Below are positions 45,434-56,452 of a stretch of 56,618 nucleotides of DNA, one piece after another. The number at the start of each line of letters is the position of its first letter. Position 1 is the stretch's first letter. Below the pieces are notes generated by a model. That model had not been told where the DNA came from and did not search any database. It worked only from the letters and a program-made list of their open reading frames with translations. The position numbers and the translations under genes are program-made. The DNA comes from Calditrichia bacterium (GTDB lineage: Bacteria > Calditrichota > Calditrichia > Calditrichales > J004), in the NCBI GenBank assembly GCA_026991535.1, contig JALXBH010000166.1, positions 1 through 56,618 on the forward strand, given 5' to 3'.

Positions 45434-46509
45434 TGGAGTTAAAGAAAACAGCCCTTTATGGTACCCATGTAAAACTCGGCGCTAAAATGGTACCCTTTGC
45501 CGGATACAGCATGCCTGTGCAATATACAGGCATCCGCGAGGAACACCGCCGGGTACGACAAAGCGTGGGCGTGTTTGATGTTTCGCACATGGGAGAGATC
45601 ATCATCAGCGGGCCCGCGGCGCTGCAAATGACCGAATTGCTGACCGTGAACGATGTGGCCGGGTTACAGGTGGGGCAGGCGCACTACACCGCCATGTGTT
45701 ACCCCGATGGCGGAATAGTGGATGACCTGTTGGTTTACCGTTTTGAAGACAAATTTCTGCTGGTGGTCAATGCCGCCAACAAGGATAAGGATTATGCCTG
45801 GATGCTGAAAAATAAACTCGAGGGCTGTACCATAGAAGATGTCAGCGACTCCTATACCCAGTTGGCGGTTCAGGGAAAAATGGCCGAGGCCACCCTGCAA
45901 AAACTGACCGATGTGGATTTAAGCGCCATACCCTTTTATTGGTTTAAGGAGGGCGCGCTGGCCGGAGTCCCTATGATTATTTCGCGTACGGGCTATACGG
46001 GTGAACCGGGTTTTGAACTCTATTTTGACAATGAATCTGCCGTAAAGGTATGGCTGGCCGTTTTTGAAGCGGGCGCCGAATTTGACATCGAACCGATTGG
46101 TCTCGGTGCGCGGGATTCCCTGCGTTTGGAAAAGAAAATGTGTCTGTACGGCAATGATATCGACGAAACAACCAATCCCCTGGAAGCGGGCCTGGGTTGG
46201 ATAACCAAGCTGGACAAAGGCGACTTTATCGGTCGTGAGGCTTTGTTGCGCGTAAAACAAGAGGGGCTGAAAAGACGTCTGGTAGCCTTTACACTCGATG
46301 CGCCCGGTTTTCCCCGCCACGGTTATGCCCTTATTAAAGACGGGGAAAATATCGGTCATGTAACCAGCGGTACGGTGTCGCCCATCCTGGAAAAAGGCAT
46401 CGGTCTGGGGTATGTAAAGAAAGAGTTCTCTAAAATCGGTACGTCCATCGAGGTTGAAATCCGTAAAAAACGGGTTGCCGCCACCATTATCAAACCACCC
46501 TTTGTATAA
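45433..46509 (+). CDS. gcvT: Glycine cleavage system aminomethyltransferase T
   Basis: KKTALYGTHVKLGAKMVPFAGYSMPVQY, VFDVSHMGE, ISRTGYTGEPGFELY, LGARDSLRLE. TAATG overlap with plsY. Confidence 0.94.
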   Translation: MELKKTALYGTHVKLGAKMVPFAGYSMPVQYTGIREEHRRVRQSVGVFDVSHMGEIIISGPAALQMTELLTVNDVAGLQVGQAHYTAMCYPDGGIVDDLLVYRFEDKFLLVVNAANKDKDYAWMLKNKLEGCTIEDVSDSYTQLAVQGKMAEATLQKLTDVDLSAIPFYWFKEGALAGVPMIISRTGYTGEPGFELYFDNESAVKVWLAVFEAGAEFDIEPIGLGARDSLRLEKKMCLYGNDIDETTNPLEAGLGWITKLDKGDFIGREALLRVKQEGLKRRLVAFTLDAPGFPRHGYALIKDGENIGHVTSGTVSPILEKGIGLGYVKKEFSKIGTSIEVEIRKKRVAATIIKPPFV

Positions 46510-46585
46510 ATCTTATCGTGCTGGCGGGGAAACAGGCCCGGTCGCTGTGTTTATCTTTGTTTAACACCGGTTCAGGTGGTTTATC

Positions 46586-47290
46586 ATGAATATGATTGAT
46601 GTCTATTATCGTGGGTTTTATCTGGAGCAGCCCCTGGGGAATAACCTCTTTTCCTATAAACGGCGCAGCGTAAAAAGATTATGGGTGGCTCCGTTGGTGG
46701 AAGGCGATCCCTCACGGCTGAACAGGGGCAGCCGTATCGTTTTTTCCGAGTGGGAGGAGGGTCGGGAATATAGCCTGACGGGCCTGGAATACTTTATATA
46801 TTGGAAGAGAAACGGCATTCCCTTTTATTTTTTTGACAACCATAACCATGCTTACTATTTCTGGTACCGCTCGATGAAAAGGGGCGCTTTCCCTCCGGGT
46901 CTGACCCTGGTGCATGTGGATCAGCACAGCGATATGCGTTGTCCGGAACACTGGCCCGGAAAAACCGACGGGGGGCGGAAAGTGTTTGACTACACAAACC
47001 GCGTGCTGAATGTGGGCAATTTTATACAACCCGCCCTGCGGCTGGGTTGGTTCTCCGGCGTGGATATTATCGATAGCTCGCAAAAAATTAACACCCGCTA
47101 TAAGCGCCCCATCGTGTTAGACCTGGATATGGACTTTTTTGCCCCGGAGATGGATTATATCGACCACGAGTTAAAGATAGCCCGGATAAGGGAATGGCTG
47201 GGGGCAGCCTGTTGTGTTACCGTGGCCACCAGTCCCTTTTTTATGGAGCAGGACAGGGCTATTGCGCTGATACATGACATCCTGGACTAA
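46586..47290 (+). CDS. Hypothetical protein, possibly UPF0489 family
   Basis: FFDNHNHAYYFWY, LVHVDQHSDM, LDLDMDFF motifs recall UPF0489/arginase-like proteins. Weak recall only. Confidence 0.4.
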   Translation: MNMIDVYYRGFYLEQPLGNNLFSYKRRSVKRLWVAPLVEGDPSRLNRGSRIVFSEWEEGREYSLTGLEYFIYWKRNGIPFYFFDNHNHAYYFWYRSMKRGAFPPGLTLVHVDQHSDMRCPEHWPGKTDGGRKVFDYTNRVLNVGNFIQPALRLGWFSGVDIIDSSQKINTRYKRPIVLDLDMDFFAPEMDYIDHELKIARIREWLGAACCVTVATSPFFMEQDRAIALIHDILD

Positions 47291-47306
47291 GACTGTGCTG
47301 TTGCGG

Positions 47307-49286
47307 TTAGTTTTTATGGTAGCCCGTTTTAAACACCGAAGCTACCTGACGCAGACCATCGCTGATTTCGGAAAGATCCCTGGCGCAATTATGCACCATT
47401 TCGCTGTTACGGATTACCTCATCACTCACTTGGTGGACCTTAATGATATCCGAGGCAATCATTTTGGAAACATTGGCACTTTCCCGGATATTGGATGACA
47501 TTTCATTCATACCGTCCGCGGCGGATACAATATTGTGGTTTATATCCTGGGTACTGTAAGACTGGGCGGCGACGGCGTCTGTAATTTCCGAAACAATCTT
47601 GTTAACCTCGGTGATAACATTATGAACCCGTTCAAACTTTTCAATGGTTTCCCTGGTTGAGCTTTGTATGGCAGCTATGCGGTTTGTGATTTGCTCGGTG
47701 GATTCATTAGTTTGCCGGGCAAGTTCCTTTACCTCGTTGGCCACAACGGCAAACCCCTTGCCGGATTCTCCCGCGCGGGCGGCCTCAATGGTTGCGTTTA
47801 AAGCCAACAGCTTGGTTTGCTCGGCAATTTCGGATATAACCTCACTTACCTGATTTATTTCGAGAACGGAACTGTTTAAGGCCTGCACCAGTTGCGATGC
47901 GCCTTTTATTTCATCCACCGCATGGTGGGTTACCGTCTGTGCTTTCTGGGCGTTGTCCGCAATCTGACTTACGTTCTGGGTTATATTTTCCGAAGAGCCT
48001 GCCACGGTGGAGATATTGGTTGTGGCGTTCTGGGCTACCATGCTTACGGTTTCCATGGTCACGCTCATCTCTTCCGTGGCGGAAGCGACGTTGTTGGCTT
48101 TTTCATTTAAATTTTGTGAGCTGTCGGACATTTGCGTGGATACCTGAACCAGTTCTCCGGCAGCCTTGTTAAGCCTGTCTGTATTTTGCGTAAGGGACGA
48201 TATCAATGACTTTAGGTGGTCGACCATTTCATTAAGAGATTGGGCAAGTTCACCGAGTTCATCATTAGACTCATAATCAATATGAACATCAATTTGTCCC
48301 CGGGCAATCTCCTTGGCCTTTTCTACCATTTCCTTTATCGGTCGGGTAAAGGAATTGCCGAGGATAAATCCGGCTATTCCGATAACTATTCCCGCGATGA
48401 GGAGGACAATCAAAAATTGGCTCATTTGCCCTTCCAGAGGTTTGTAGACGTCATCCTGACTAATTTCCACACCGATAATCCAGGGATACTTCTGACTTTT
48501 AAGGTAAACGCCAACCATTTCCACACCCTTGTCGTTTTTGAATTCCGAAAAAGCCCGGCCCCTGTCCAGCGCCGTCCGTAATCCGGGTTGGGTAAGGGCG
48601 TCTTTATAGTCGGCTTTTTTTTCCACCACGGGTTGCTTGTTAAGTGTGGATAAAAAGAGCCTGCCGCTCGTGCCCAGATCAAAGCCGTCGTTGAGAATGT
48701 GATTTACATAATCAATCTTCACTTCAAAAACAATCACGCCAAGGGTCTCTCCCGCATTGTTTTTTACCGGCTGTAAATAAAGCTGATGGTAATGGTCTGT
48801 TTCGGCGAAACCGAAAAAGTCGGTTACCTGTGGGTTGGATAAGGCCGGTTTAAAAAAAGGTGAAGAAGAAACATTCTGATTGAGATGTGATTTGGTTGAG
48901 TTATTATGACCGGGACTTAAGACGACATTACCCCGTGGGTCGGCGATAAAAATATGATGGAAAATACCCCAGTGTTTTTCCTGAAACTGCAGGATAACAT
49001 CGTAGGCGCTGTTGTAGTCCCTGTTGTCGCCGATTTCCGGGTAGGGCTGTTCTAAAAAAGATATTACGGAGGTAACAGCCGCCAGGGAACGGGCGCTGTG
49101 GGCAATCATATTAAGGTGTGCCTCCAGGGCGGATTGTTTAAGCCGGGCAACATGTATAAGTTCTTTCTGTATCTCTTCCTTTAAAATTTCACGATTCTCT
49201 GAAATGCTTTTCCAGTTGGTTATAATTAAAGGTACCAGGGCGAAAGTCAATAATAAAACAATCAGTTTTACCCGTATGCTTTTCAT
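47307..49286 (-). CDS. Methyl-accepting chemotaxis protein with large Cache-like periplasmic sensor
   Basis: TM1, a periplasmic domain of about 270 aa, TM2 FLIVLLIAGIVIGIAGFILG, HAMP, MA domain LALNATIEAARAGESGKGFAVVANEVKELARQT. Confidence 0.9.
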   Translation of the reverse strand: MKSIRVKLIVLLLTFALVPLIITNWKSISENREILKEEIQKELIHVARLKQSALEAHLNMIAHSARSLAAVTSVISFLEQPYPEIGDNRDYNSAYDVILQFQEKHWGIFHHIFIADPRGNVVLSPGHNNSTKSHLNQNVSSSPFFKPALSNPQVTDFFGFAETDHYHQLYLQPVKNNAGETLGVIVFEVKIDYVNHILNDGFDLGTSGRLFLSTLNKQPVVEKKADYKDALTQPGLRTALDRGRAFSEFKNDKGVEMVGVYLKSQKYPWIIGVEISQDDVYKPLEGQMSQFLIVLLIAGIVIGIAGFILGNSFTRPIKEMVEKAKEIARGQIDVHIDYESNDELGELAQSLNEMVDHLKSLISSLTQNTDRLNKAAGELVQVSTQMSDSSQNLNEKANNVASATEEMSVTMETVSMVAQNATTNISTVAGSSENITQNVSQIADNAQKAQTVTHHAVDEIKGASQLVQALNSSVLEINQVSEVISEIAEQTKLLALNATIEAARAGESGKGFAVVANEVKELARQTNESTEQITNRIAAIQSSTRETIEKFERVHNVITEVNKIVSEITDAVAAQSYSTQDINHNIVSAADGMNEMSSNIRESANVSKMIASDIIKVHQVSDEVIRNSEMVHNCARDLSEISDGLRQVASVFKTGYHKN

Positions 49287-49452
49287 TTTCCTCTCCGTTT
49301 TTTTTACAGTCCCTTATACTATCGGTTACTTGATTAAAAGATAATTTTTTTAGGCAAATCGGTTAAATCCGGTACCTCCGGGTGTGCCACAAGTAGGTTT
49401 GTGTCAAAAAATGCTATTGGCTATATTCCCATGCAGTACACAAAGGCAGATT

Positions 49453-51846
49453 ATGGCAAAAAAGAAAAAAACATCTTCCGATTCATATAAACCATTCATA
49501 GGCCTGTTCCTTTCCGGGATGGCCCTGTTGCTTTTTTTAGCCATCATCAGCTATCATCCCGATGATCCCGTGGGGCTGAACGGAGACCGTCTGATTCCGG
49601 TGGGGAACTGGCTGGGACCGGTTGGTGCGGTGATTGCCTATTTTTTCATGCAATGGACCTTTGGCTACGCCGCCATAATAATACCATTGCTTCTGTTCGG
49701 CGTGGGCTTTGCCATTTTGCGCAAAACGGAGTTTCGCCATCCCCTGGGCACGCCTTTAAAGGCGCTGGCCTGGATGTTTTGGCTTTCCATGGGGCTTACC
49801 ATGCCCGCGGCGCTGCGACAAGGGGGCAAACTGTCCGAATACTATCCCGGCGGTTTGATCGGCGGTTGGTTCACCGGGCGGCTGGTAATCTATACCGGTG
49901 AAATCGGAGCCGTTTTGATCTTCCTTTTTCTTTTTATTTTGCTTAGCGCCATTTCTCTTGGAGGAAGCATGGAGCGGATCGCTGTTCTTTTGGCGCGCGG
50001 GCGAAATACGGTGTTAAATACCCTGATGCATTGGAAAGAGAGCTACAGGAAAAGACGCGCGCGGAAAAAAGAGGAAAAGGAGTTCCGCAAAAAAGAGAAG
50101 GTTAAAAAAGACGCCTTAAAGAAAAAAACGCCGGAAAGGGAAAGCCCGGAGCAGGTTCGGACGGAAGAGCCCCCTATGGAAGCGGACGAACCCTTTGCGC
50201 CGGAGATTTCCCTTTCCGAGCCGATGGAGCCGGAAGGAGAGACAGCGCCGCCCATTGGGGAGACGCCGCCTATGGACAATAGCACTCTGTCGCCGGAGAT
50301 GGGGGAGGATTTTGAATTTGAAGAAGAGGTCCAGGAAGAAGAGGTGGATTACGATGATATGGTGCGCGAAAGTATCGCCCGCTATCGCTTTCCCTCAATT
50401 GACCTGCTTAATAGCCCACCGCCAAACCGCCAGACGATTACACGGGAAGAGCTTAAGGCTAATGCCGAGCTGCTGGAAAAAAAACTGCTGGATTTTGGCG
50501 TAAAGGCCAAGGTGGTAAAGGTAACGGCCGGCCCCGTTATAACCCTGTATGAGTTGCAACCGGCTCCCGGCGTTAAGGTAAGCCAGATAGTAAGCCTGGA
50601 AAACGACCTGGCTCTGGGCATGGAAGCCCGGGGCATACGCATCATTGCGCCCATTCCCGGAAAGGCCGCGGTGGGGATTGAAATCCCTAACCGTATTCCC
50701 CAGATGGTTTACCTGCGTTCCCTGATAAAATCCGAAAAATTCAATAAAAGCGATTTCGAACTGCCCATAGCCGTGGGTAAGGCCATCAATGGCGAATCCT
50801 TTATCGTCGATTTGGTTAAGATGCCCCATTTGCTTATTGCCGGGGCCACCGGCGCGGGAAAAAGCGTGGGCATAAATACCATTATCTGTTCCCTGCTCTA
50901 TGCCGTGGACCCGGGAAAGGTCAAGTTTGTGTTGATTGACCCTAAAAAGCTGGAATTGTCCCCCTACCGCGAACTGAAGGAGCAGTATCTGCTTTACCGT
51001 CCCGATCTGGATGAGGATGTGATCACCAAGCCCAACAACGCGGTAAGCATGTTGAACACCATGGTGCTGGAGATGGAACGGCGTCAGGAACGCATGCACC
51101 ATCTGGGCGTGCGCGATATCCGCGAATATAACCGTAAAATACTGAACAACCCCCGCGCCTACAGGAAAACCGAGCACCAGTTGATGCCCTATATTGTGAT
51201 CATCATCGATGAACTGGCGGATCTGATGATGGTGTCAGCCAAGGAAATCGAGATGCCCATCGCCCGTCTGGCGCAGATGGCCCGCGCCGGAGGCATCCAT
51301 ATGATTGTGGCCACCCAGCGCCCCAGCGTGGATGTGATAACCGGATTGATCAAGGCGAACCTGCCGGCCCGCCTGGCCTATCAGGTGGCTACCAAGATCG
51401 ATTCCCGCACCATTCTGGATGCCAACGGTGCTGATCAATTGCTGGGTAATGGTGATCTGCTGTTTAAAATTACCGGCACGGCCAAGCCGACACGGCTGCA
51501 AAATCCCTTTGTGGCCATCGAAGAGGTGGAAGCGGTTATTAATCACATCAAAAAACAACCAAAACTGCCATATTACAGCCTGCCGCAACCATCGGAAAGC
51601 CGCAAGGGAATGTATGACGAGGGTGTGGGCGAGGGCGCCGACCCCCTGTATGCCGATGCCCGGGCCATAGTGGTGCAAAATCAGTCCGGATCGATCTCGT
51701 TGCTGCAACGCCGTTTGAAAATCGGCTACTCCCGCGCGGCGCGCCTGATAGACATGATGGAGGAAGAAGGCGTGGTGGGGGCCGCTTTGGGAGGCAAGCC
51801 CCGCGAGGTGTTAATGACCCTTGAAGAGCTGAATCAGATTTCCTGA
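49453..51846 (+). CDS. ftsK: DNA translocase FtsK
   Basis: N-terminal TM helices and a Lys/Glu/Pro-rich linker. Walker A GATGAGKSVGIN, Walker B IIIDELADLM, gamma domain SISLLQRRLKIGYSRAARLIDMMEEEGVV. Confidence 0.95.
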   Translation: MAKKKKTSSDSYKPFIGLFLSGMALLLFLAIISYHPDDPVGLNGDRLIPVGNWLGPVGAVIAYFFMQWTFGYAAIIIPLLLFGVGFAILRKTEFRHPLGTPLKALAWMFWLSMGLTMPAALRQGGKLSEYYPGGLIGGWFTGRLVIYTGEIGAVLIFLFLFILLSAISLGGSMERIAVLLARGRNTVLNTLMHWKESYRKRRARKKEEKEFRKKEKVKKDALKKKTPERESPEQVRTEEPPMEADEPFAPEISLSEPMEPEGETAPPIGETPPMDNSTLSPEMGEDFEFEEEVQEEEVDYDDMVRESIARYRFPSIDLLNSPPPNRQTITREELKANAELLEKKLLDFGVKAKVVKVTAGPVITLYELQPAPGVKVSQIVSLENDLALGMEARGIRIIAPIPGKAAVGIEIPNRIPQMVYLRSLIKSEKFNKSDFELPIAVGKAINGESFIVDLVKMPHLLIAGATGAGKSVGINTIICSLLYAVDPGKVKFVLIDPKKLELSPYRELKEQYLLYRPDLDEDVITKPNNAVSMLNTMVLEMERRQERMHHLGVRDIREYNRKILNNPRAYRKTEHQLMPYIVIIIDELADLMMVSAKEIEMPIARLAQMARAGGIHMIVATQRPSVDVITGLIKANLPARLAYQVATKIDSRTILDANGADQLLGNGDLLFKITGTAKPTRLQNPFVAIEEVEAVINHIKKQPKLPYYSLPQPSESRKGMYDEGVGEGADPLYADARAIVVQNQSGSISLLQRRLKIGYSRAARLIDMMEEEGVVGAALGGKPREVLMTLEELNQIS

Positions 51847-51965
51847 TCGGGGGGTGCGCCCTTAAAATATTAAAATGAACCCCGGAGGGCCCTGCATCGT
51901 AAAGAACAGTGTGCGCCGATAACGGGGTGAAAAGAAAAGCAATGATTTTAAACGGGAATATAAAA

Positions 51966-52589
51966 ATGAGACTGCTGGCAATACTATTACTTTTGGCCCT
52001 TCCCCTGATGAGTCAGGATGTGGAGGATATTATTGAAGAGGTACAGGATACCTATGAGGACATGGATAATTTTACGGCCGCCTTTAAACGGGTGGAGTCT
52101 TTTAAGCTTACCGGAACCGTCAGCGAAACCACGGGCAAAGTATGGATTAAGGAGGGAACAAAATACCGTTTTGAAAGCGATGAACAGCAGGTTATCACCG
52201 ATGGGAAGACCGTTTGGAGTTATAACGCCATCAATAATCAGGTGATTGTAGACCGCGTACGCACCGAGTCCGGTGCCCTGTTGCCCCGGGATATGCTGTT
52301 TAAATATCCAAAGGAATATTTTTCCACGCTGTTGCGTACCGAAAAGGAGGACGGAAAAGATATTTTTGTAATTAAACTAACCCCGAAGGGTAAGGTGACC
52401 GGTGTGGTAAAAAGCATGAAAATCTGGGTTCAGGATGATAACTGGCTGATAAAAAAAATTGAAATTACCGATTTAAACAACAACGGTACTAAATTTGAGA
52501 TTTCCAACATAGATACCAATACCAGATTAAGCGACGATCTGTTCAGCTATAAGGATATTCCCGGAGTGCGTGTTATAGATATGAGATAA
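51966..52589 (+). CDS. lolA: LolA-like outer-membrane lipoprotein carrier
   Basis: Signal peptide MRLLAILLLLALPLMSQ. LolA-like pattern FTAAFKRVE...GKVWIKEGTKYRFE...ITDGKTVWSYN. The conserved ftsK-lolA order supports the call. Confidence 0.7.
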   Translation: MRLLAILLLLALPLMSQDVEDIIEEVQDTYEDMDNFTAAFKRVESFKLTGTVSETTGKVWIKEGTKYRFESDEQQVITDGKTVWSYNAINNQVIVDRVRTESGALLPRDMLFKYPKEYFSTLLRTEKEDGKDIFVIKLTPKGKVTGVVKSMKIWVQDDNWLIKKIEITDLNNNGTKFEISNIDTNTRLSDDLFSYKDIPGVRVIDMR

Positions 52590-52645
52590 GCCCCGGTTCT
52601 GTGTCCGCCCTTTTTTTATTTTCCGGTAAAATAAGCCTAAAGCGG

Positions 52646-52675
52646 GGTTTCTTTTTTGTTTAAAGAAAAGAAACC
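52646..52675 (+). promoter_or_regulatory. Perfect 10-bp hairpin upstream of the polysaccharide kinase gene
   Basis: ggtttctttt (52646..52655) / aaaagaaacc (52666..52675), 10-nt loop containing the palindrome tttaaa. Role unknown (lolA terminator or leader element). Confidence 0.4.
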
Positions 52676-52748
52676 TTTAAATTCAATTTTTTCATGATTT
52701 TACCGAAAACCAGCTCTCTAATCCCAAACTCAATGAAGCTCAGGAGAT

Positions 52749-55028
52749 GTGATTGTGAACAATCCTTCTGTCGATATCGGCAATGAAAACGCAAATCAAA
52801 ATGTTACCCTAACGGATTATATACGTATCATGTACCGGGGAAGGTGGATTATCCTCTTTTCCTTTATTTTTGTTTTTACGGCCACGGTCTACTATACCTT
52901 TACCACCGATCCGGTGTATGAGGCTTCCACCACTCTGATTATAGATAAATCCCGGGCCATGGAGAATGCCCTGTTTGATTTTAACAGTTTTGGCAACCAA
53001 AGTACGCACATCACCAATCAGATTGAGATTATTAAGAGCCGTACCATTGCGGAGCGGGTCATTAAACGGCTGGAGCTTTCCAATGTGCGGGATTCCTTGT
53101 CCCTGTTTCATCCCAATGACGAAGGCGAGTACCTGACCTTGCGTCAGATGGTAGCCATTGTGCGCGAGAATATGGAGGTGGTCAATAAAAAGGAAACCGA
53201 TATCATCGAGGTAACCTATGCCGCTCCCAGCGCTTTTGAGGCGGCCTTTACCGTAAATACCCTGGCGCAGGAATATGCCGACGCCAGCGCTGAGTTCAAT
53301 CAAGGGGAAATAAAGGAACTACGTAAGTTTCTGGAAGCCCAGTTGCGCAAAAAAGGCGTAGAGCTTTCTTCTTCGGAAGATTTACTGAAGGAATATCAGG
53401 AGCGTGAACGCGTGGCCAGCTTGGATGAAGAGACAACCGAATTGATAACCCGTCTTTCGCAGATAGAAGCGGAACTGGAACAATCCCAGATTATGTTGCA
53501 GGCTAATCTGCAAATGAAAAATTCCCTGGAAAAACAACTGGAAGAGCGCCGGGAAACCCTGGCCTCCGAGATCAGTGAAATCTCCACGCCCTATATACAA
53601 ACGCTTCAGGAAGAACTGGCTAAGTTGGTGGCGGAAAAGACCAAGTTTGTTACCGCGGTGGAATCCCAGGCACAAGGAGTAAATAAAGGCTTCTTTCAGG
53701 GACAGGTAGCCCAGTATGACAGTAAGATAAACTCCCTGAAGCAAAGATTGGATGAAGAGGCCAAAAAATTGTCCACTTCCAGCATGGTACAGGATCCTTT
53801 CCAACTGACTCAGGAACTGGTTTCCAAAATAATAACCCTGGATGCGGAAATTACCGCCAATACGGCAAAGATAAATACCTTACAGGATGTTGTGGGTGAC
53901 TACAACGCCAAGCTGGAGCAGCTGCCCAACAAGGTGCTGGAGCTGGCCCGTTTAAAACGGCGTCAGTTGGTGGATGAGCAAACCTTTGTGATGATGACCA
54001 AGCGTCTGGAAGAGACTAAAATCCAGGAGGCGGGACAGCGTAAGGAAGTCCGGGTGATCGATGAGGCCATCGAACCGCTTTTTCCCACCAAGCCCAAGAA
54101 AAAGCTTAATCTGGCACTGGGTCTGGTACTCGGTCTGGGTCTGGGTATTGGTATCACCTTTTTACGTGAATATTTCGACAATACCATTAAATCCCAGGAA
54201 GAATTGGAACAGCTTGGATTTAATATTCTGGCCACGATTCCGCGTATTGAAATGAGTAAGGTGGAAGAAAAACTGGAAGCGCGAATGAGCAAGCTGGGTC
54301 CGATGGAGGGCAAGCGCATCGAAGCGCGTCTGATCACTCACCTGGATCCCAAATCACCGGTTTCGGAAGCGTACCGTTCTTTGCGTACCAATATTCAATT
54401 TAGCCATGTGGATGAAAAAATAGGCGCGGTGCTGGTAACCAGTTCCGGTCCCAAGGAGGGGAAATCCACCACCTCGGCCAACCTGGTTATTGCCATGGCC
54501 CAGTCGGGTAAAAAGGTGGTATTGATCGACGCCGACCTGAGACGTCCGGTTGTACACAGCATTTTTGGTCTGGAAAAAGATGAAGGTCTGACTAACTATC
54601 TGATGGACGATATCAGTTTTGAGAAGATGATAAAGCCCTCCATCATGGAAAATCTGTATATCATCCCCAGCGGTGTTTTACCACCAAACCCTTCCGAGCT
54701 GCTGGCATCGGAGAAAATGAAGGCTTTATTGATAAAGCTGCGGGAAGAATTTGATTTTATATTGTTTGATACCCCACCGATCATTGCCGTGACCGACGCG
54801 GCTATTTTGTCGACCATCGTCGATGGCGCCATTCTGGTTGTTTCTTCCGGTCATACAAATTATGATGCCCTTGTGCGCGCTAAATCACTTCTGGATGCGG
54901 TAAATACCCGTATACTGGGCGCCTTGCTCAACGGAGTGGAAGTAGGCGGTATGTATGGTTCTTATTACTACTATTATTACCATCATTATTATTCCAAACC
55001 GGGCGGGAAGAAAAAGCGTCGTTATTAA
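52749..55028 (+). CDS. Polysaccharide co-polymerase / BY tyrosine autokinase (Wzc/GumC-like)
   Basis: Wzz-type N-terminus with a TM helix, long coiled coil, second TM. Walker A SSGPKEGKST, Walker A' VLIDADLRRP, Walker B ILFDTPP. Tyr-cluster tail YGSYYYYYYHHYY. Confidence 0.9.
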   Translation: MIVNNPSVDIGNENANQNVTLTDYIRIMYRGRWIILFSFIFVFTATVYYTFTTDPVYEASTTLIIDKSRAMENALFDFNSFGNQSTHITNQIEIIKSRTIAERVIKRLELSNVRDSLSLFHPNDEGEYLTLRQMVAIVRENMEVVNKKETDIIEVTYAAPSAFEAAFTVNTLAQEYADASAEFNQGEIKELRKFLEAQLRKKGVELSSSEDLLKEYQERERVASLDEETTELITRLSQIEAELEQSQIMLQANLQMKNSLEKQLEERRETLASEISEISTPYIQTLQEELAKLVAEKTKFVTAVESQAQGVNKGFFQGQVAQYDSKINSLKQRLDEEAKKLSTSSMVQDPFQLTQELVSKIITLDAEITANTAKINTLQDVVGDYNAKLEQLPNKVLELARLKRRQLVDEQTFVMMTKRLEETKIQEAGQRKEVRVIDEAIEPLFPTKPKKKLNLALGLVLGLGLGIGITFLREYFDNTIKSQEELEQLGFNILATIPRIEMSKVEEKLEARMSKLGPMEGKRIEARLITHLDPKSPVSEAYRSLRTNIQFSHVDEKIGAVLVTSSGPKEGKSTTSANLVIAMAQSGKKVVLIDADLRRPVVHSIFGLEKDEGLTNYLMDDISFEKMIKPSIMENLYIIPSGVLPPNPSELLASEKMKALLIKLREEFDFILFDTPPIIAVTDAAILSTIVDGAILVVSSGHTNYDALVRAKSLLDAVNTRILGALLNGVEVGGMYGSYYYYYYHHYYSKPGGKKKRRY

Positions 55029-55115
55029 CGGCTAATCTAAATTTTATTCTCAATTTTATTTAAATAGAACCGAGAACTCATTCATTCAAATTGACAAAGT
55101 GCAAGGAGCGCGACA

Positions 55116-56435
55116 ATGAAGATTGCGGTTGTTGGAACCGGATACGTAGGTCTTGTAGCCGGTACCTGTTTTGCGGATACCGGAAATGAAGTCACCTGTG
55201 TGGATATTGACGAGAAGAAAGTCAATGACCTGAATAAAGGACATGTGCCCATTTATGAGCCGGGCCTGGAAGAGATGATTAAGCGTAATGTGCGCGAGGA
55301 ACGTTTGTTCTTTACCACGGATATTGCCAAAGCGGTAAAAGATTCGACCATTATTTTTATCGCGGTGGGCACACCGCCGGATGAAGACGGCTCGGCCGAT
55401 TTGAAATATGTGCTGGCCGTGGCCCGGGATATAGGGAAAAATATGAATGGCTTTAAGGTGGTGGTCGATAAAAGCACCGTGCCCGTGGGTACGGCGGACC
55501 GCGTTACCGAAGAGATAAAGAAATATACGGATCATGATTTTGCCGTGGTTTCCAATCCCGAATTTTTAAAAGAGGGAGCGGCGATAGCCGATTTTATGAA
55601 GCCGGACCGCGTGGTTATCGGCACAAGCAATGAAGAAGCCGCGGAAATTATGCGCAACCTGTATGCTCCCTATGTACGCACGGGTAAACCGATCATCGTT
55701 ATGGATGAACGCAGCGCCGAGCTGACCAAGTATACGGCTAACGCCCTGTTGGCCACTAAAATCTCCTTTATGAATGAAATCGCCAATTTATGTGACCTGA
55801 CCGGCGCGGATGTGGACATGGTGCGCAAGGGCATTGGCAGCGATGTGCGTATCGGCCCCTATTTTATCTTTCCGGGAACCGGATATGGCGGCTCCTGTTT
55901 TCCCAAGGATGTGCAGGCTATCATTAAAACCGCCGATGAGTACGGGTTGGATCTGAAAATATTAAAAGCGGTGGAAAGCGTCAACGCCGCCCAAAAAACG
56001 GTGCTTTTCGGTAAAATTAAAAAATATTTCAACAATGATCTGAAAGGTAAAACCATAGCTATGTGGGGGCTGAGTTTTAAGCCGAAAACCGATGACATGC
56101 GTGAAGCGCCGGCCATTGAAATGGTTAATGTTTTAAATGAAGCGGGCGCCCGGGTTCAGGCCCATGACCCCGAGGCCCTGGAAGAGGCCAAATGGCGCTT
56201 TGGCAAACGGGTGAATAACGGCATCACCCTGCATGATAAGCGGTATGACGCCCTGGAAGGCGCGGACGCCCTGGTGATTATGACGGAATGGAATGAATTC
56301 CGCGAGCCGGATTTTTATCTGATCAAGGAGACCCTGTCTCATCCGGCGATCTTTGACGGCCGTAATATTTATAATCCGAAACGAATGAAAAAATATGGGA
56401 TCGACTATTTCTCAATCGGTCGTCCGAAAAATTAA
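55116..56435 (+). CDS. ugd: UDP-glucose 6-dehydrogenase
   Basis: [14 protein letters not shown] Rossmann motif, catalytic [24 protein letters not shown]. Confidence 0.94.
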   Translation: MKIAVVGTGYVGLVAGTCFADTGNEVTCVDIDEKKVNDLNKGHVPIYEPGLEEMIKRNVREERLFFTTDIAKAVKDSTIIFIAVGTPPDEDGSADLKYVLAVARDIGKNMNGFKVVVDKSTVPVGTADRVTEEIKKYTDHDFAVVSNPEFLKEGAAIADFMKPDRVVIGTSNEEAAEIMRNLYAPYVRTGKPIIVMDERSAELTKYTANALLATKISFMNEIANLCDLTGADVDMVRKGIGSDVRIGPYFIFPGTGYGGSCFPKDVQAIIKTADEYGLDLKILKAVESVNAAQKTVLFGKIKKYFNNDLKGKTIAMWGLSFKPKTDDMREAPAIEMVNVLNEAGARVQAHDPEALEEAKWRFGKRVNNGITLHDKRYDALEGADALVIMTEWNEFREPDFYLIKETLSHPAIFDGRNIYNPKRMKKYGIDYFSIGRPKN

Positions 56436-56452
56436 AATGAGGGTATGTTAAG

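Noticed and set aside
50395-51177. 260-aa ORF antisense to ftsK
   Set aside because: It lies inside the FtsK motor domain (Walker A/B on the sense strand).
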